Notes under the pieces: model-generated
Told to the model about the DNA's origin: nothing
Seen by the model: the letters and a program-made list of their open reading frames with translations, nothing else
Databases searched by the model: none
Source: a virus
Taxonomy: Duplodnaviria > Caudoviricetes
Virus record (IMG/VR): IMGVR_UViG_3300044542_000107
Location: 1 to 64,000 of that record
Reading direction: 5' to 3' (one strand)
Length of the DNA stretch: 64,000 nt
Translations under genes and position numbers: made by a program
Shown: in pieces, positions 55,448-63,796 of the stretch
Position numbering within the stretch: position 1 is the first letter of the stretch
How the letters are laid out: the number at the start of each line of letters is the position of its first letter

Positions 55448-55615
55448 ATGGCACGCAGGAAGCCCCGCATCCCATCATTCGACACCATGAAGTCGCCCCT
55501 ACAGCGCACCCGAGCCCGCCGTGCAGTCGACATCATCGCAGGCACACAGAACAGTGGATCTCGTCGCAGTCGCCGTGCAGGTTCGGCCCGCGGCTCCCGA
55601 TCAAGCGACAGCTGA
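55448..55615 (+). CDS. 55-aa Arg/Ser/Gly-rich basic peptide
   Basis: AAGGAAGG RBS; MARRKPRIPSFDTMKSPLQRTRARRAVDIIAGTQNSGSRRSRRAGSARGSRSSDS. Confidence 0.6.
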   Translation: MARRKPRIPSFDTMKSPLQRTRARRAVDIIAGTQNSGSRRSRRAGSARGSRSSDS

Positions 55616-55637
55616 CACACAACAGCATCGAGTCACC

Positions 55638-55931
55638 ATGTCAACATCGCGGACAGGAACAGCACAACACAAGCGTTGGAGAACAGCAGTCCTCAAGCGT
55701 GACCGAGACAATGGCGTCGAGCGCTGTCCCTTATGTGGTGTCGCACTCGACTTCGAGCATGGCAAACAGCCCAACAGTGCCGAAGCCGACCACATCATCC
55801 CCCACAAGTGGGGCGGACAATCCACACTCGACAACGGGCGCACCATCTGCCGCCACTGCAACCAGTCCAGGGGCGCCAAACTCACCCCCAGGGACCCCCC
55901 AACGCACACCACCACCCTCATCAACTGGTGA
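55638..55931 (+). CDS. HNH endonuclease (terminase-associated)
   Basis: CPLC...EADHIIP...GG...N...CRHCNQSRG. Confidence 0.9.
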   Translation: MSTSRTGTAQHKRWRTAVLKRDRDNGVERCPLCGVALDFEHGKQPNSAEADHIIPHKWGGQSTLDNGRTICRHCNQSRGAKLTPRDPPTHTTTLINW

Positions 55932-55984
55932 GGCCACCCCATTCCACCACGCGAAACACCACGCCAACATCTCACCTGTGAGAT

Positions 55985-56100
55985 ACCGGGGGGGTATCCC
56001 CTCCCCCCTCACCCTTGCTTCGCCCCCGAAGGCATAGCGAAATACCCCCGAGGGGTTCCGACCCCACGGGTTCCCACGTTACCCCGAGGGGCCTGAGGTT
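55985..56100. other. Probable cos / genome-end region of B
   Basis: G/C tracts (GGGGGGTATCCCCTCCCCCC) and CCCCGAGGGG repeats after HNH; exact cut site not determinable. Confidence 0.5.
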
Positions 56101-56231
56101 CGATTCTGCGGGGGTTTCGGGGCCCCGGGCGTGGTTTTCGGCTTTGGCGTGACTTGACGCCGGCATTGCCCCCCACCCCCAGAGTTTCGTGACTCGCCCC
56201 TTGTCAGGGCGTTTTGCTGTAGACTGTCCTT

Positions 56232-56741
56232 ATGGACACGATGACCGGGTGCGCATGGTGCGGGCGTGAGTTCAGGCGAGCCTCAACTGGCCGGCCTCGC
56301 CGCTTCTGCTCCACGCGCTGCCGCAAGGCCTCCTCACGGCATCCCCTGCCTGCGTCGATGCTGGCCGCCGCTCGGTGGACGCGCGCCGATGGTAAACGGC
56401 CCTGCCTACCGGATGGGCGTCTGGCTTCTTCGCGGGACCCGTCGACCTGGGCGCGGTTCTCCGAGGTGCAGCGTGGCGCCGGTGACGGCTTCGGGTTCAT
56501 GTTGGGAGGCGGGTTCGGCTGCTATGACCTTGACCATTGGCCTGATGATCGGGCGCGGCGTTTCGTCGCGGCTGTGCGTGAGCCTGTGTTGTGGGTTGAG
56601 CGTTCGGTGTCGGGTGAGGGCGTGCATGTGTTCTTCCAGGGGCCGGAGGTGCGGGGCCGGCGGTCCATGGTGGGTGGTCGTCCGGTGGAGCGGTACAGCT
56701 GGGCAAGGTTTATCCGGGTGACTGGCGTCGCGTTCCGGTGA
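56232..56741 (+). CDS. Zn-finger + stand-alone primase-polymerase (AEP)-like domain
   Basis: CAWC...FCSTRC; GFGFML...DLDH, ERSVSGEGVH, ERY...RFIRVTG; TAGACT -10 six nt before ATG. Confidence 0.75.
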   Translation: MDTMTGCAWCGREFRRASTGRPRRFCSTRCRKASSRHPLPASMLAAARWTRADGKRPCLPDGRLASSRDPSTWARFSEVQRGAGDGFGFMLGGGFGCYDLDHWPDDRARRFVAAVREPVLWVERSVSGEGVHVFFQGPEVRGRRSMVGGRPVERYSWARFIRVTGVAFR

Positions 56742-56788
56742 GCGCTCCTGTGTGCCTGCCTGGCGCGTCCTGCCTGGGCAGACAGTTG

Positions 56789-56822
56789 GGCCCCGGGAGC
56801 CATCGGCTCCCGGGGCCTGTTC
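56789..56822. terminator. Terminator between convergent genes
   Basis: 13-bp stem GGCCCCGGGAGCC/GGCTCCCGGGGCC. Confidence 0.8.
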
Positions 56823-56830
56823 TGTGCCGG

Positions 56831-57163
56831 TCAGATGATGTCCCGCATGTCTGACAGGATCTCCGTAGCGGCTTCGTCGGCGTCCAAGCCGGTGATGCGC
56901 TGGTACTCCTCGTATTCGTGCCGGCGATCGAGCGGCCCCCGGAATGCGACTTCCAGGTAGACCGGGACTGGCCGCTGCTGCTCGTCGTAGTCGTATGCGG
57001 CGACATCGGCGTAGCACTCGTCCCCTGCCGTGTTGGTGTATGGCCCGGCCGTCATGATGGCCCGTGATGCCCACCGGGAGAGTTTTGGCGCCCTCCCGTC
57101 GCTTCTCAGCATGTTCTCCAAGCTGTCGAGCAGTTCCCGCTTGCCATCGGTCATTGCCTGCAT
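56831..57163 (-). CDS. Hypothetical protein
   Basis: GGGAGGG RBS. Confidence 0.65.
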   Translation of the reverse strand: MQAMTDGKRELLDSLENMLRSDGRAPKLSRWASRAIMTAGPYTNTAGDECYADVAAYDYDEQQRPVPVYLEVAFRGPLDRRHEYEEYQRITGLDADEAATEILSDMRDII

Positions 57164-57219
57164 GATTCCCTCCCGTGGTTGGTTACCCCGGGCCTTTCGG
57201 CCCGGGGCGGATGATCAGT

Positions 57220-57456
57220 TCAGAAGGTGGCTCCAAGATCGAAGGGGCTCATGCCGGTCCCTCGCAGGTTCTCTTCGAGGATGGCCTTGTTATGGAGGAA
57301 CTCGGCCTGATCCAGGGTGAGGGTGTCGGTGACATGCTCGATGACCCGATGCACCAGGCCGTCGACCGCCGGGTCTCTCAGCTCGCCGGCGTAGCAGTCG
57401 GCGGCGAAGCTGGCGTAGAGGTCCCGGTTGATGGCTTCGAAGGTTTCGCGGTTCAT
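57220..57456 (-). CDS. Hypothetical acidic protein
   Basis: AAGGAG RBS. Confidence 0.7.
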   Translation of the reverse strand: MNRETFEAINRDLYASFAADCYAGELRDPAVDGLVHRVIEHVTDTLTLDQAEFLHNKAILEENLRGTGMSPFDLGATF

Positions 57457-57481
57457 GTCTTGCTCCTTGGTTGGGTGACCC

Positions 57482-57524
57482 GTTGACATGAACTAGTAAA
57501 CCCTGCTGCCTATTCTCTGTCAAC
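57482..57524. promoter_or_regulatory. Inverted repeat GTTGACA...TGTCAAC, probable promoter/operator
   Basis: AT-rich, consensus -35 hexamers on both strands, next to small HTH gene. Confidence 0.55.
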
Positions 57525-57677
57525 CTTCGCCGCGAGCTTGAAGACTTGCGCGCGAGACAGTCCCGAAGCCTCCGCGATCTCCTCCCAGGTGTGCCCGGCT
57601 TCCCGGGCCGCCCGGATCAGCTCCGGCCGGCGCTCCCTGAGGTCTCGGTACCAGCGAAGTTCAGTCAGTGGAGTCAA
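57510..57677 (-). CDS. 55-aa HTH protein (not in ORF track)
   Basis: TTG start with AGGGG RBS; IRAAREAGHTWEEIAEASGLSRAQV. Confidence 0.75.
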   Translation of the reverse strand: MTPLTELRWYRDLRERRPELIRAAREAGHTWEEIAEASGLSRAQVFKLAAKVDRE

Positions 57678-58026
57678 GGTCGATCCCCTGCCGGCGCGCG
57701 AGCTGGTGCCCGTCGATGTACTTGTCCCCGATGTCGATAGCGTCGATGGCCCGCAGATAGGCCTCCTTGGCCTCCCTGCTGCGGAAGCACACCGCCACCC
57801 AGTATTCGGAGTCGGTGGCGTCGTATACCCGCTTCTCTTCGTTCTTGGCGCGCTTCCGGTAGGCCTTCTCCATGGCCGTCAGCTCCCGGCCGGCGTCCTC
57901 TTCCCGGTTGCCGGTGTAGTCGACACCGGCAAGCGGGTCGGGCGCTTGCGCACCGATCGGCGACCCCCCGAAGTTGATGTGCCCCCCGAGTGCGGGCCCG
58001 TTGCCTCCGAACTTGATGCGTGGCAT
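57661..58026 (-). CDS. Uncharacterised partner of the PP-loop enzyme
   Basis: GAGGAG RBS directly after the enzyme; DSEYWVAVCFRSRE...GDKYIDG. Confidence 0.8.
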   Translation of the reverse strand: MPRIKFGGNGPALGGHINFGGSPIGAQAPDPLAGVDYTGNREEDAGRELTAMEKAYRKRAKNEEKRVYDATDSEYWVAVCFRSREAKEAYLRAIDAIDIGDKYIDGHQLARRQGIDLDSTD

Positions 58027-58027
58027 G

Positions 58028-58795
58028 TCAGTTGCTCCTCTCGATGATGTGTTCGTGCCTGAAGATCTCCAGCTCGGCGAGCGGGAACCACTCCAACAGT
58101 TGCGCGTAGTCGCGTGGCGCGTTGCGCTTCAAGGGCTCGATGAACCGGTAGTCCAGGCCGTCGAAGCTCCGCCCGAACCACTTGTAGTCGATCGGAAGCG
58201 GCACCCCGTGCTTGTCCTTCCAGGGCAGCGGTAGGTCGGCGTCCCGTAGCCGGTCGCGTAGCTCGGCGATCACCCAATCGGCGACCGGCGACACCTTGTG
58301 GTTGCCGGCCTTCATGATCCCGTGCCTCGACAGGCTGGCGCGTCGCGGAATGGAGTCGGCGGCCCGGACCCCGTCAGCCACCCAGGTGTCCGAAGGCAGC
58401 CCGAGGTCTTCCTTGATCAGCTCCCAGGTTTCGTTGTATCCCAGTTCGGGCATCCGTGCCGCCTCGATGATTGCGCACCGTTCCGGCGGCTGGAAGATGA
58501 AGTTGTTCAACCACCGCCACAAGCTCGGGTGCGGGTAGCGGTGAATCGGCTGTCCGAATCCGTCCTCTAGGCGCGTGATGGTGTCCTCGATGAAGTCCAG
58601 GCACTTCCCAGGCTTTCGGCCTGGCACTAGATACATGTAGGCGAGTTCGGTGTGGATGCCGGCGTCCTTGAGTGCGAGGTTCGCCGCGATCGCGTCCTTG
58701 CCGAGACTCATCGCCACAAGGACCGTCCGGTTCTCGTCTTTCAGTCGTTGCCGGATCTCCTCTGTCGGCGGTTGATTCTTGATGTAGGTTGTCAT
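58028..58795 (-). CDS. PAPS-reductase-like PP-loop (adenine nucleotide alpha-hydrolase) protein
   Basis: VLVAMSLGKDA PP-loop; GVRAADSIPRR; SPVADW. Confidence 0.8.
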   Translation of the reverse strand: MTTYIKNQPPTEEIRQRLKDENRTVLVAMSLGKDAIAANLALKDAGIHTELAYMYLVPGRKPGKCLDFIEDTITRLEDGFGQPIHRYPHPSLWRWLNNFIFQPPERCAIIEAARMPELGYNETWELIKEDLGLPSDTWVADGVRAADSIPRRASLSRHGIMKAGNHKVSPVADWVIAELRDRLRDADLPLPWKDKHGVPLPIDYKWFGRSFDGLDYRFIEPLKRNAPRDYAQLLEWFPLAELEIFRHEHIIERSN

Positions 58796-58802
58796 GCTCG
58801 GC

Positions 58803-58831
58803 AGTCTACTTCTGAGACTCTTGTAAGGCAA
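58803..58831 (-). promoter_or_regulatory. SigA-type leaderless promoter of the PP-loop operon
   Basis: TTGCCT-17 nt-TAGACT-7 nt-ATG. Confidence 0.75.
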
Positions 58832-58852
58832 TTCGCGGGAGGAGGTGATCAC

Positions 58853-58954
58853 ATGCGTCCCAACTCCAGGGGAAGGGTTCCCAGCGCCTCCGGGCGAGGT
58901 ACCTCCCGGGGAGCCGGGCGGCTCCCGCGACGCGCTTCCAGCGCGAGCGGCTGA
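58853..58954 (+). CDS. 33-aa Arg/Gly/Ser-rich peptide
   Basis: Very strong RBS GGAGGAGGTGATC; MRPNSRGRVPSASGRGTSRGAGRLPRRASSASG. Confidence 0.7.
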   Translation: MRPNSRGRVPSASGRGTSRGAGRLPRRASSASG

Positions 58955-58989
58955 CGGTCCAGCGGCTCCTGACAGACGGAGGTGCAATT

Positions 58990-59307
58990 ATGGCTCAGCC
59001 TGAGCTTCCCGGCGACATCGAGTGGCCTGATTCCACACGGGAATGGTGGAGCGCATGGGGCGACGATCCCCGCACTGAAAAGTGCGCAGACGTCGACTGG
59101 CTCTATCTCCTCGACGGTGCGCTCCTCCACGCCGCCATCTGGAGTAACGGCGACTTCGCGTCGATCGGGAATCTTCGCTCTCACGTGAAGCTGTTCGAGC
59201 AGCGCTTGAAGGAACTCAATGGAGACCAGGCCGGCAGCGGGGAACAGACCCCGACGGCCGCCCTCGCCATGATGGAGAAGTACCGGAAGCGCCGCAAGAC
59301 CGGCTGA
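58990..59307 (+). CDS. terS: Terminase small subunit
   Basis: QPELP...W...TREWWSAW...W.YLLD.ALLH; precedes TerL. Confidence 0.8.
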   Translation: MAQPELPGDIEWPDSTREWWSAWGDDPRTEKCADVDWLYLLDGALLHAAIWSNGDFASIGNLRSHVKLFEQRLKELNGDQAGSGEQTPTAALAMMEKYRKRRKTG

Positions 59308-59324
59308 CAGGAAGGGGATGGCAC

Positions 59325-60821
59325 GTGATCGGGAATCAGGTTCCACGGTTGCGTGTCGCCCCCTCCTACAAGCAGACCGCCGGCACGGATGCCGGCCTCC
59401 TGGGGAACGCGTACGGGTTGAAGCCCGACCCGTGGCAGCAGTCGACGCTTGATGACTGGCTGGCCGAGACGAAGCAGGGCAAACTACTTTCAGGTGTGGG
59501 CGCCTTGATGGTGCCGAGGCAGAACGGCAAGAACGCCGTTCTGGAGGTTGTCGAACTGTTCAAGATGACGATCCTCGGCAGGCACATCCTCCACACCGCC
59601 CACGAGGTGAAGACGGCCCGCAAGGCCTTCACCAGGCTGCGTTCCTTCTTCGAGAACGAGCGCGAATATCCGGATCTGGCCCGCATGTTGAAGACGGTCA
59701 GGTCGACCAACGGGCAGGAGGCGATCATCCTCCACGCCGCCGACTGCGAGACGATGGCGCCCGGTTGTAGCTGCAAGGGCGGCGGATCGGTCGAGTTCGT
59801 GGCCCGTTCGCGCGGTTCCGCGCGAGGCTTCACTGTTGACGATCTGGTCTGCGATGAGGTGCAGGAGTTGACCGACGAGCAGCTTGAGGCGCTTCTGCCG
59901 ACGATCTCGGCGGCACCGTCCGGGAACCCGCAGCAGTTGTACACGGGCACCCCGCCCGGTCCGACGGCCTCCGGCGAGGTCATTATGCGGGTCCGCGAGC
60001 AGGCGTTGGCCGGCAAGTCGAAGCGGATCGCGTGGACAGAGTTCTCGATCCCTGACGACGCTGACCCTGACGATGCGGTGGCGCACTGGCGGGACAACGC
60101 GGTGCAGGTGAATCCGGCGCTCGGCATCAGACTGTCGATCCAAACAATTGAGGACGAGCTGGCCGGCATGTCCCCGGAAGGATTCTGCCGGGAAAGACTC
60201 GGACGTTGGGATCGCGCGGCCGGGGTGCAGCAGGCGATCCCGAAGGCCAAGTGGGCGGCCACGGCGGTCAGCAGGGCGCCGGATGGTGTGCGGAGTTTCG
60301 GTGTGGCGTTTTCGGCCGACGGCTCCAAGCAGACGATCGCCGGTGCCGTGAAGGCGTCCGGGGTGATCCATGTGGAGGTGATCGCCGCCCAGTCCGGCAA
60401 CACGGACGCCGGCATCAAGTCGCTGGCCGATTGGCTGGCGGAACGGTGGCACACCACGGCACAGATCGCAATCTCCGGCCGTGCCGGGGGTTCGGTGCTG
60501 TACAGGGCTCTTCGGGACCGTGGGGTTCCGGAGAAGGTCATCTGGACGGCGTCGACCGGCGAGTACTTGGAATCGTGCTCGCTGCTGATGGATGCGGTGC
60601 AGTCCGGGAATGTGACTCACCCGGCCGCCGACGACCCACAGCATGACGTACTTGAGCAGTCCGTGGCTGTGTGTGTGAAACGTCAGCGTGGCGGCGCGTG
60701 GGGCTGGGAGGCGGCCACCGCGAACGGCGACGAGACGCCCCTCGAAGCCATCTCCTTGGCGTACCGGGCGGCCAAGATGACCAGACGAAGACCCGGGACA
60801 AGACAGAAAGCGTTGGTGTGA
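59325..60821 (+). CDS. terL: Terminase large subunit
   Basis: PRQNGKN Walker A, LVCDEVQE Walker B, GTPP, NPALG. Confidence 0.95.
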   Translation: MIGNQVPRLRVAPSYKQTAGTDAGLLGNAYGLKPDPWQQSTLDDWLAETKQGKLLSGVGALMVPRQNGKNAVLEVVELFKMTILGRHILHTAHEVKTARKAFTRLRSFFENEREYPDLARMLKTVRSTNGQEAIILHAADCETMAPGCSCKGGGSVEFVARSRGSARGFTVDDLVCDEVQELTDEQLEALLPTISAAPSGNPQQLYTGTPPGPTASGEVIMRVREQALAGKSKRIAWTEFSIPDDADPDDAVAHWRDNAVQVNPALGIRLSIQTIEDELAGMSPEGFCRERLGRWDRAAGVQQAIPKAKWAATAVSRAPDGVRSFGVAFSADGSKQTIAGAVKASGVIHVEVIAAQSGNTDAGIKSLADWLAERWHTTAQIAISGRAGGSVLYRALRDRGVPEKVIWTASTGEYLESCSLLMDAVQSGNVTHPAADDPQHDVLEQSVAVCVKRQRGGAWGWEAATANGDETPLEAISLAYRAAKMTRRRPGTRQKALV

Positions 60822-60822
60822 G

Positions 60823-62313
60823 ATGCGTGCTTATCCAGCTCCCGCGCCGCTGTTCACGGCGGCCCCCCAAGTGGTGGGGCTGGACGAGTACACCCAGAAC
60901 CGGCTCGATGATCTTGTCACGGTGTGGTCCAAGCGGCGGTGGAGGAACCAGGTCAGGCAACAGTATCTTGACCTGAAGCGTCCTGTGGAGAGTCTGGGCA
61001 TCTCGGTCCCTGAAGAGATCGCGGAGGGCCTGGAGATCGTCGTCGACTGGCCCGAGAAGGCCGTCTACAGTCTGGCGAACCTGTGCCAGTGGGACGGCGT
61101 CATATCGGCTGACGGGAAGGACGACCCGTTCGACCTGGATGGGGTCCTCACCCAGAACAGGTTCGATGTTGAGATCCCGCAGACGATCGCCTCTGAGTTG
61201 ACTGATTCGTGTGCGTTCATCTCGACTCTGCACGGCCGCCCGGGGACTGACGACCCTGAGGTTGTCATCATGTCCCACTCGGCCGCGTGGGCCACGGGAA
61301 TCTGGGATCGCAGGACCCGGAGCCTGTCATCGGCGCTGACCATTGATGAAGTGGACGATCTCGAACGGCCCACCCAGATGACGATCTACCTTCCCGACGA
61401 GTGGGTGGTCATCGAGGCGCCGAACGGTAACGCATCAGGGACGTGGGCGATCATCGACCATCGGCTACACGGCCTTAACCGTGTGCCCGTGGAACTGCTG
61501 CCATTCCGGCCCACCTTGGACCGCCCGTTCGGCCGCTCCCGCATCAACCGGCGTGTCATGACGATCACCGACCGGGCTGTGCGTGCCGCACTCCGCATGG
61601 ATGTCTCCTCCGAGATCTACACCGCCCCAGGGCTGCTGCTGCGCGGGATCTCCGAAGAGGCGTGGCAGGACATTGCCAAGTCGTGGACGTGGAAACTTGG
61701 CACGGTGAAGGCCGTCACCCGAGATGAGGACGGCACCTACCCTGAGGCCACCCAGCTCCCCCAGCAGACCATGCAGCCATTCATCGACCAGATGAGGGAA
61801 CTGGCCGCCGAATTCTCCGGGGCCTCAAACGTTCCCCTGTCGGATCTCGGCATCGTGCAGGACAACCCTTCATCGGCGGAGGCCATGGCCACCGCCAAGG
61901 AGAACCTGGTCATCGAGGCCACGAACGCCAACAAGATCAACGGCTACGCTCTGGCCCGCGTCTACCAGAACATTGTGATGCTGCGAGACGGTGCTGGTGA
62001 GGTGTCTGACGAGCTGTCCGGTGTGTCAACCCGATGGCGGAACCCGTCGATGCCGTCCATCGTGTCGCAGTCCGACGCGATGGTGAAGCAGATCTCTGCC
62101 ATTCCGGATCTCGCGAAGACGGATGTCGCCCTGGAGCAGATGGGCTACACGTCGGAGGACATCGTGCGTATCAAGGCTCAGATCAAGACCGCGAAGGCCC
62201 GAGAGGCGCTCGACGCACTGGTGTCGGGCGTCAACCAGAACGCCCAGCAGCCTCCGCAACAGCCTCCCCAGGCCCAGCAGCAGGCCGCCCAGACGCCCGC
62301 CGAGGAGGAGTGA
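60823..62313 (+). CDS. Portal protein
   Basis: WPEKAV, RPFGRSRI, DNPSSAEA. Confidence 0.92.
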   Translation: MRAYPAPAPLFTAAPQVVGLDEYTQNRLDDLVTVWSKRRWRNQVRQQYLDLKRPVESLGISVPEEIAEGLEIVVDWPEKAVYSLANLCQWDGVISADGKDDPFDLDGVLTQNRFDVEIPQTIASELTDSCAFISTLHGRPGTDDPEVVIMSHSAAWATGIWDRRTRSLSSALTIDEVDDLERPTQMTIYLPDEWVVIEAPNGNASGTWAIIDHRLHGLNRVPVELLPFRPTLDRPFGRSRINRRVMTITDRAVRAALRMDVSSEIYTAPGLLLRGISEEAWQDIAKSWTWKLGTVKAVTRDEDGTYPEATQLPQQTMQPFIDQMRELAAEFSGASNVPLSDLGIVQDNPSSAEAMATAKENLVIEATNANKINGYALARVYQNIVMLRDGAGEVSDELSGVSTRWRNPSMPSIVSQSDAMVKQISAIPDLAKTDVALEQMGYTSEDIVRIKAQIKTAKAREALDALVSGVNQNAQQPPQQPPQAQQQAAQTPAEEE

Positions 62314-62316
62314 CCC

Positions 62317-63075
62317 ATGGCCTCCGCAGAGCAGGAGCGGAAAGTCATGGCCACCCTCAACCTTCTTGTGGAGCATGCCCGCACGGATTGGCGGCGCATC
62401 TGGGACGGCCTGTCCGCCGTCGACCGGGCGGAGGTGGAGGGTGCCATCCGGGACGGCTGGGTGGCTGTTATCGAGAAGTACGGCGACATCGCCCAGACGC
62501 TCGCAGTCGACCTGTTCACCGACGAGGCGGAACGTCTCGGCATCCAGCCTGAGGTGAAACCCGCCGGCACGGTGCCGCCCGACAAGGCGACAGCACGTCT
62601 GGGATGGGCCATGGTGTCCGGGCAGGTTCTCGGGAACATGGACATCCTGTTGGACGAGTTCATCAAGCAGCCGTACAGGGACACGTTCCAGGACTCGGCT
62701 GTCGCCTCAGGTGCGGCGTGGGCCCGCGTCCCGAAGGGACCGGAGACGTGCAAGTTCTGTCTGCTCCTGGCCTCGCGCGGTGCCGTCTACGGATCGAAGT
62801 CCAAGGGCCTGTGGGCTGACGGGAAGATCGGACACCGCTATCACGGCTCCTGTGACTGCGCCGTGGTCCTTGTCCGTGGCCCCGAGGATTACCCGGCAGG
62901 CTACGACCCGGACGCCATGTACGACGTCTACGACGTGGCCGCCCAGCAAGTGTTCGGCGACGGCCCCCGGTATTCAGGCCCCAAGACGGGGCCGAACAAG
63001 AACTCCGGCTTGAAGGCCGTCCTCGCACAGATGCGATCGAACGCGATCGCCAACGGCGAGCACAACGTTCACTGA
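62317..63075 (+). CDS. Minor capsid / head maturation protein
   Basis: WARVP...TCKFCLLLASRGAVY...YHGSCDC. Confidence 0.8.
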   Translation: MASAEQERKVMATLNLLVEHARTDWRRIWDGLSAVDRAEVEGAIRDGWVAVIEKYGDIAQTLAVDLFTDEAERLGIQPEVKPAGTVPPDKATARLGWAMVSGQVLGNMDILLDEFIKQPYRDTFQDSAVASGAAWARVPKGPETCKFCLLLASRGAVYGSKSKGLWADGKIGHRYHGSCDCAVVLVRGPEDYPAGYDPDAMYDVYDVAAQQVFGDGPRYSGPKTGPNKNSGLKAVLAQMRSNAIANGEHNVH

Positions 63076-63191
63076 ATCTTCTGCCGCAAGGCAGTAGCAA
63101 CCCGTTGCCGGAACGGCAACACACCCCCTGATGGTCGAATGCGCCCGCACAGGCGCTCGAACCAATCTGATAACGAAGGGAACACCTGAAA

Positions 63192-63767
63192 ATGCCGAAG
63201 GACGAGATCCGCCTGGACGCCACCAGCGACGACGACAAGGGCCCCGACACAGTCGACGACCCGAACGACAACCCTCCCGCACAGGAGGACGACTCGGACG
63301 ACGAGAAGGACTGGAAGGCCCTGGCCCGCAAGTGGGAGTCCCGCGCCCGCAAGAACAAGGTTGCCGCCGACAAGAATCGGACGGCCGCCGAGAAGCTCGC
63401 GGAGATCGAGGAGTCCCAGAAGACCGAGTCTGAGAAGCAGGCCGAGAAGATCGCCGAACTGGAGAAGAAGGCGGCCCGGGCCGAGGCGCTCGAAACCCGG
63501 TACAACGTGGCCACCAAGAAGGGAGTTCCTGCCGAACTCCTGGCCGGCCCCGGAGACGACGTCGAGGCGTTCGCCGACGCGCTGCTGAAGTGGCGAGGCA
63601 CCGCCCCGGCCGAGAAGAAGGGCAGCCCTTCCCCTACCCAGGGGAAGCAGCCCGGGCGTACGGGGAACATGTCTCTGGATGAGCAGATCACGGCCGCCCA
63701 TGAGGCTGGCGACAAGGATCTCGAAAAGCAGCTCAAGGTGATGAAGCTGGCCTATAAGGGCCAGTGA
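63192..63767 (+). CDS. Capsid scaffolding protein
   Basis: Acidic N-terminus, DWKALARKWESRARKN coiled coil. Confidence 0.85.
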   Translation: MPKDEIRLDATSDDDKGPDTVDDPNDNPPAQEDDSDDEKDWKALARKWESRARKNKVAADKNRTAAEKLAEIEESQKTESEKQAEKIAELEKKAARAEALETRYNVATKKGVPAELLAGPGDDVEAFADALLKWRGTAPAEKKGSPSPTQGKQPGRTGNMSLDEQITAAHEAGDKDLEKQLKVMKLAYKGQ

Positions 63768-63796
63768 CCCAACTATCGAACGAAAGGGCATCGGAT

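Noticed and set aside
56201-56225. TTGTCAG...TAGACT as a second PafBC promoter
   Set aside because: Spacer is 12 nt rather than 10; kept only as a -10 element.
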